Below, piece by piece: positions 57,758-64,000 of a stretch of 64,000 nt of DNA (position 1 is its first letter; every line of letters starts with the position of its first letter). The notes under the pieces are model-generated. The model did not search any database. It saw only the letters and a program-made list of their open reading frames with translations, and was not told where the DNA came from. The stretch comes from Eledone cirrhosa (Eukaryota). The stretch spans positions 3,968,001 to 4,032,000 of the forward strand of contig OZ024747.1 in the NCBI GenBank assembly GCA_964016885.1, written 5' to 3'. A program made the translations under genes and the position numbers.

Positions 57758-59204
57758 ATTTATGGAAAAATATTGATATACATGAGTGTATTCAGTTATT
57801 GTGAGTAAATGTCCTCAATCTTGATCTAAAATTTCACAAATCTAGCTTCTAAAATCTTCCAAACTCTCTTTTTTTTTTTCATATTCCCCATCATTTCCTA
57901 TGAATTAATTCCCTGGAAGGAATCTATCTGAAAGCATCGATCTAATGCCCCATCAAAAGATTTTCTCATAAACAATTTATTTCTACAAAGAGTGTTTTGA
58001 ATAGAATACATCTCTGTGTTTTTCTGTCCCCAGCCACTATCACTCCATTTCCTTCAAGAGATATATCTCTTAAGTAAATATCTTTAAAATTTAATACACA
58101 TATTTCTTAACCTATTGCATGTCAGTGACTTTCAGGACACAGTTTAATGTGAACTCTGCTAGTATGTGAATAAATATAACGACGAAGAAAGAAGAGAAAA
58201 GAAAAAAAAGAAGGTTTCATCTCTGTTGATGTGTTTCAGTTTCTGTGACTCCTATAAAATAGAAATGTCGACAACTGGGTGCTGATTTTTTCCCCCTCTC
58301 ACTAGTTCACCAGTGATAATATCGAACATTAGTTTTAATCTCCAAGTGAGACTACTTCCATTATTAGAGTCTCATGACTGCAGTTTAGTGAGATATTTCT
58401 GTAGTGTTCTAGTCCCAGAGGTTAGTGTCATCTGGAAAAAAAAGGAAAAAAAAAAGAAAATAGATGCCCATCACCTAATCACCTCGTCATGTCATCTCCC
58501 TCATCTTTTTCATGTCTTTCTCTATATCTCTGTATCACACATAAAATGTTAAGTCTATGGTCACGTCACGTCTGTTTTCTTGCCTTGCTAAAAGAGAATA
58601 TATATGCATATATTTTATGAGATAATGCCGGAAAATATGTGTGCACAGGATAAAAAGAGAGAGAGAGAGAGAGTGTGTGAGTGAGTATTTATGTTCAGTG
58701 ATAATCACACATATCTACATGCATACGCATACACACAAACATAGAAGAACACAATCACGCATATACACACAATCAGATATACACCCAATCACACATATAC
58801 ACACACACAACCATATTTACACACAAGTACACAAACCCATACGCACAAATAAACATACACACAAGCACACATACATATGCATACACATAAGAACACATAC
58901 ACACAATCATACTTACACACAAACCCACACATACACACAAGCACACATACATATGCATACACATAAGAAGACATACACACAATCATACTTACACACAAGC
59001 ACACAAGCACACATACATATGCATACACATAAGAAGACATACACACAATCACACACATTCAGGTTAATCAATAAATATTTATCAGATGAAAGTATGAACA
59101 ATAGTTATGTTTGACTTTTTATCATCAGATGTTTTTTATGTCGTGAGTTAGGAGAGGGGAAGAGGAAGAAGATGTCTGTTTGTGGTGGCATTCATGCCTT
59201 TCCC

Positions 59205-59387
59205 AATGGCATTATCGGTAGAGGGTCGGACGCCATGCTTTGCAGCAAAGAGATACGGCCCTTTATGGTCTGAGTTCAAATTCCACCGAGCTTAACTTTG
59301 CCTTTCATCCTTACAGGGTCGATAAAATAAAGTACCAGTAATACACTGGGATAATTGCTGGCCTTGTGCCAAAAGTAGAAACAATTA
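59205..59387 (+). mobile_element. tRNA-derived SINE family A, representative copy
   Basis: A-box-like tggca.tatcggtagag, B box gagttcaaatt, central gcctttcatccttac.gggtcgataaaataaagtaccag, tail ttgtgccaaaagtagaaacaatt. Confidence 0.8.
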
Positions 59388-59795
59388 ATAACATAACTGA
59401 ACTGCCGTAATGCTAAAGAACAATTGAATCTAATGTTTTGACTCAACATAATGAGAATTGAGAATTTCATGTATATACACATGTGTGTGTATATATTTAT
59501 TCATACATATACATACATATATATATACACATAGAAACCATTCATACATACACATATATATATATATACACACATACAATCATATATATATACAAACATA
59601 TATATACATACATATACACGTATAAACCATATATATCATCATCATCATCGATTAACATCCATCTTCCATGATAGCATGGGTTGGACGATGTTGTCCTACT
59701 TGAGGCAAGATTGGTCGGGTGACCGTGTCTCGCTTGTACAGAGCTGTTTCTGGCAGGTTTTCTATGGCTGGATGCTCTTCCTAACACCAACCATT

Positions 59796-60252
59796 TTTAC
59801 AGTGTGAACTGGAAGGTTTTTACCGTGTCTCCTACACGGTCACCTTACAGTGTGGACTGGGAGCCTTTTTACCGTGTCTCCTACACGGTCACCTTACAGT
59901 GTGGACTGGGAGCCTTTTTACCGTGTCTCCTACACGGTCACCTTACAGTGTGGACTGGAAGGTTTTTACCATGTCTCCTACACGGTCACCTTACAGTGTG
60001 GACTGGGAGCCTTTTTACCGTGTCTCCTACACGGTCACCTTACAGTGTGGACTGGGAGCCTTTTTACCGTGTCTCCTACACGGTCACCTTACAGTGTGGA
60101 CTGGAAGGTTTTTACCATGTCTCCTACACGGTCACCTTACAGTGTGAACTGGGAGCCTTTTTACCGTGTCTCCTACACGGCCACCTTACAGTGTGGACTG
60201 GGAGCCTTTTTACCATGCCTTCTACATGACCACTTTACAGTGTGGACTGGGT
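59796..60252. repeat. 47/49-bp minisatellite inside a SINE family B 3' region
   Basis: ttacagtgtggactgggagcctttttaccgtgtctcctacacggtcacc, about 9 units. Confidence 0.9.
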
Positions 60253-60590
60253 GCTTTTGGGATATATAAATATATACCTACAATATAGAGAGGAAAAACA
60301 CAAGAGAGGCTCATTAAATTACAGGGTTATACACGAGTCCCTTCCTCCATTATCTTATTTTATATACATATACACATACATACAATGATTATTATAATGT
60401 AGTAGTTATGGAATAGTCATCATTGTTAACTACTGTTATAATAAATATATGTACTTTAGTTAATATTCAGTGCACTCTATTTCTATATTTGGTTGTGAGA
60501 CCACTTGCAAATTATCAAAATGGCTGACTGAATACAGTTTTTCCGTTCCTTCTTCTTCTCACTCTCTATCTTACTATTTCATCTTTTATA

Positions 60591-60626
60591 TCTTCTGATG
60601 AAGGACTAGTGTCTGAAACGTAAAGA
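60591..60626 (+). ncRNA. Minimal type I hammerhead ribozyme (Penelope pLTR type)
   Basis: TCTT-CTGATGA-a-GGAC-tagt-GTCT-GAA-ACGT-A-AAGA: stem I TCTT/AAGA and a loopless palindromic stem III (ACGT), the minimal form known from Penelope-like elements. Confidence 0.75.
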
Positions 60627-60787
60627 CTCTCTTTCTATTATTTCAAGTGTTAAACTAATATATTTCTTCATTGTACTCGCACCCTTGAGTATGGTTTGCT
60701 AGTTTGTCGTGGATCTAACTTTATATCTAACTCATGAATAAACCCACTATTATCTATCTATCTATCTATCTATATATATATATATAT

Positions 60788-60932
60788 CACATAAGAAACA
60801 GAGAATCAGTGTTGCGACAAATTAAAATTTATTAGACATATTACAATCGTTTCTCTGGCGACCAGCTTGAGGCACGATCGATGTGATGATCGAACCTGAC
60901 TCTGAAATCGTAAGATCCTCAGATACGTCTCA
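60788..60932 (-). mobile_element. Family B insert in (TA)n
   Basis: aatcagtg.tgc..aatttatt..ttacaat.gtttc.ctgg..cagct.gag.c.cgatcg is shared with 3059-3133; minus strand has GAAACGATTGTA. Confidence 0.6.
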
Positions 60933-61617
60933 TATATATATATATATATATTTATTTATTTATATATACATGTGTGTGTATGTGTAAATATATATATATA
61001 TATATATTTATGTGTGTGTATGTGTAAATATATACATATATATCTATGTGTATGTAAATATATTACTCTATTCCCCTTTAGTATCTCTACTTTCATGTCC
61101 CTTTCTTATGTCATCCCATATTCTCTTAGCTGATTATATTCCATTTCTTTGAGAACATAAATCTCAAAAGACTTTGAATACAATTGTTATGTAAAACAAT
61201 AGCTTGTGACTTAGAGAGAGAACAAGTATGAATTTGATATTGGCTGTTATTGGAGAAAATTTAACAGAATCTCAACTGCCAAAATTTAACTGCTGACCAT
61301 GATAGTGAATTCCCACAACTAAGTTTTGTATGATCTCAATTGTAAAGATGGAGCCAGTTCTCAGTGTAAAAATCAGAATATCTGGTTATATTCTGAAGAT
61401 AATATTTCCAGGAGTAATCAAAACCTATATGTCTCATATAAATGGAAACCTGTGTTTTGTTGTATGATTTATATTTATAAGATGACTCAGCTTCTGTATA
61501 TGACATCAGCTACCTTTGTCTTATAAAGAAAAGGATTGATCTCTAGAATATATATACTTTCATGTGTTTATTGATATTTAGATAATATTCTACAGTTTAT
61601 AGATAATTTCAATTAAA

Positions 61618-61802
61618 ATAATTGTTTCTACTTTTGGCACAAGGCCAGCAATTACCCCAGTGCATTACTGGTACTTTATTTTATCGACCCCATAAGGATG
61701 AAAGGCAAAGTTAACCTTGGCGGGATTTGAACTCAGAATGGAAAGGGCTGTAACTCTATGCATCAAAGCATGGCGTCCGACCCTCTACCGATACTGCCAA
61801 TC
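61618..61802 (-). mobile_element. SINE family A
   Basis: Full-length reverse match. Confidence 0.8.
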
Positions 61803-62033
61803 TAATAATAATAAGAAGAACACTGTTTTTCTATTTATATCTCCATAAAATGCCATCCCTTAACCCATTTCTCATACATAGGTGACACAAACAAGACTTT
61901 TAAGCCCTTCCAAGATCTTAGATTCCTTTCAGTATATGCTGCAGTAAAAAAAAAAGAAAAGGCCATGTTCACACAATATACATGAAAGTCAATTAGCTCA
62001 AGTGATGTCTGGTGTTGAAACTTTCTTAAGTGA

Positions 62034-62233
62034 AGATTGATCTATCACTGGACCAATACCACTCTTTGAACAATGGTGACAGATATTGATCTATCACTGG
62101 ACCAATACCACTCTTTGAACAATGGTGACAGATATTGATCTATCACTGGACCAATACCACTCTTTGAACAATGGTGACAGATATTGATCTATCACTGGAC
62201 CAATACCACTCTTTGAACAATGGTGACAGATAT
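62034..62233. repeat. 49-bp tandem repeat x4
   Basis: attgatctatcactggaccaataccactctttgaacaatggtgacagat repeated near-exactly. Confidence 0.95.
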
Positions 62234-62274
62234 CCATTCCTTCTCCTAGAATGATGTCTTAACAAGAATAAGTA

Positions 62275-62998
62275 TACATACATAAACATACTTACATAGA
62301 TATACATACCTGCATACATAGATACATACGTACACAGGCACACATACATAGACATACATACATAGACATACATACCTGCATACATAGATACATACGTACA
62401 CAGGCACACATACATAGACATACCTGCATACATAGATACATACGTACACAGGCACACATATATAGACATACCTGCATACATAGATACATACGTACACAGG
62501 CACACATACATAGACATACCTGCATACATAGATACATACGTACACAGGCACACATATATAGACATACATACATAGACATACATACCTGCATACATAGATA
62601 CATACGTACACAGGCATACATACATAGACATACATACATATACATACCTGCATACATAGATACATACGTACACAGGCACATATACATAGACATACATACA
62701 TAGGCATACATACCTGCATACATAGATACATACGTACACAGGCACACATACATAAACATACTTACATAGGCATACATACATAGACATACATAGATACATA
62801 CGTACACAGGCACACATACATAAACATACTTACATAGGCATACATACATAGACATAGATAGATACATACGTACACAGGCACACTTACATAAACATACTTA
62901 CATAGGCATACATACATAGACATACATAGATACATACGTACACAGGCACACTTACCTAAACATACTTACATAGGCATACATACATACCTGCATGCATA
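62275..62998. repeat. (CATA)-based compound minisatellite
   Basis: Repeats of tacctgcatacatagatacatacgtacacaggcacacata. Confidence 0.9.
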
Positions 62999-63253
62999 CA
63001 GGCGTGTGTATGTGTATGATGCCATAACTCCTGATAGAGTGATAGGGGCACCATATTGATATACAACATTTCTTGGGCATTTTATGGCTGGCAGAGCCCT
63101 TCCCTCACCAGGCCTCAGTACAGTAGATTTCTTCCAGAGAAAGATAGAGGGTGAGAGAAAGGAAGTGAGAAAGAGATATAGAGGAAGATTCAACCCCAGT
63201 ACTAGACTGGTACTTTATTTATTGACCTAAAAAAAAACCTTTTTCATCTCCAC

Positions 63254-63410
63254 GTGTCTAACACATGTGGACATGCCTACAAAGTCAGAAAACAGCACAG
63301 CTCCCATGACTTTTGGAAACATTTTTTCATGCTCAGAGTTGCTGAAGCATGGAACAAACTACCTGCATCAGTTGTTAACTGTCAAGAGACTGCATCCTTT
63401 AAAACCTCCA
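63254..63410 (+). mobile_element. CR1-like LINE ORF2 C-terminal fragment
   Basis: TCGHAYKVRK..KHFFMLRVAEAWNKLPASVV..ASFK matches the TRGH..FF..RV...WN.LP..VV...FK pattern. Confidence 0.75.
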
Positions 63411-64000
63411 TGGAACAAACTGCCTGCTTCAGTTGTTAGCTGCCGAGACACTGCATCCTTTAAAACCTCCATGGAACAAACTCCCTGCATCAGTTGTTAG
63501 CTGTCAAGAGACTGCATCCTTTAAAACCTCCATGGAACAAACTGCCTGCGTCAGTTGTTAGCTGCCGAGACACTGCATCCTTTAAAACCTCCATGGAACA
63601 AACTACCTGCATCAGTTGTTAGCTGTCAAGAGACTGCATCCTTTAAAACCTCCATGGAACAAACTGCCTGCTTCAGTTGTTAGCTGCCGAGACACTGCAT
63701 CCTTTAAAACCTCCATGGAACAAACTACCTACATCAGTTGTTAGCTGCCAAGACACTGCATCCTTTAAAACCTCCATGGAACAAACTGCCTGCATCAGTT
63801 GTTAGCTGCCGAGACACTGCATCCTTTAAAACCTCCATGGAACAAACTACCTGCATCAGTTGCTAGCTGCCGAGACACTGCATCCTTTAAAACCTCCATG
63901 GAACAAACTACCTGCATCAGTTGCTAGCTGCCGAGACACTGCATCCTTTAAAACCTCCATGGAACAAACTACCTGCATCAGTTGTTAGCTGTCAAGAGAC
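63348..64000. repeat. 61-bp tandem array derived from the CR1-like 3' end, running off the window
   Basis: catggaacaaact recurs at 63348, 63409, 63470 and onward; at least 10 units. Confidence 0.95.

Noticed and set aside
58231-58262. Possible terminal protocadherin exon (gtgtttcag| giving VSVTPIK*)
   Set aside because: Phase-compatible but too short, and the acceptor is too weak to support without transcripts.

Overview
Eukaryotic, AT-rich, microsatellite-dense DNA; the repeat families and the gene type point to an octopod cephalopod (inference). One host gene is supportable: a + strand protocadherin. Its signal peptide, six cadherin repeats, TM helix and proximal tail lie in one exon (ATG 21340 to donor 23736). 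A 154-nt exon at 55807-55960, absent from the ORF track, joins in frame across a ~32-kb intron and encodes a DSGxG cytoplasmic motif. The rest is (TA)n and other microsatellites, minisatellites (several amplified from retroelement segments), tRNA-type SINEs, LINE remnants (RTE, Dong/R4, CRE, CR1), a non-autonomous Helitron and a small MITE. The most notable pattern is a set of short non-coding inserts in (TA)n tracts, from several sequence-distinct families. They form fold-back palindromes whose apex sits at or near stem II of a type I hammerhead ribozyme, and most share a TATTGAGTAC-like motif near one end. Four near-complete hammerhead folds can be read, including a recurrent CAGAAGA core variant. 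These are best read as Penelope-like retroelement pLTR remnants. All alignments were done by eye, and repeat boundaries are approximate.
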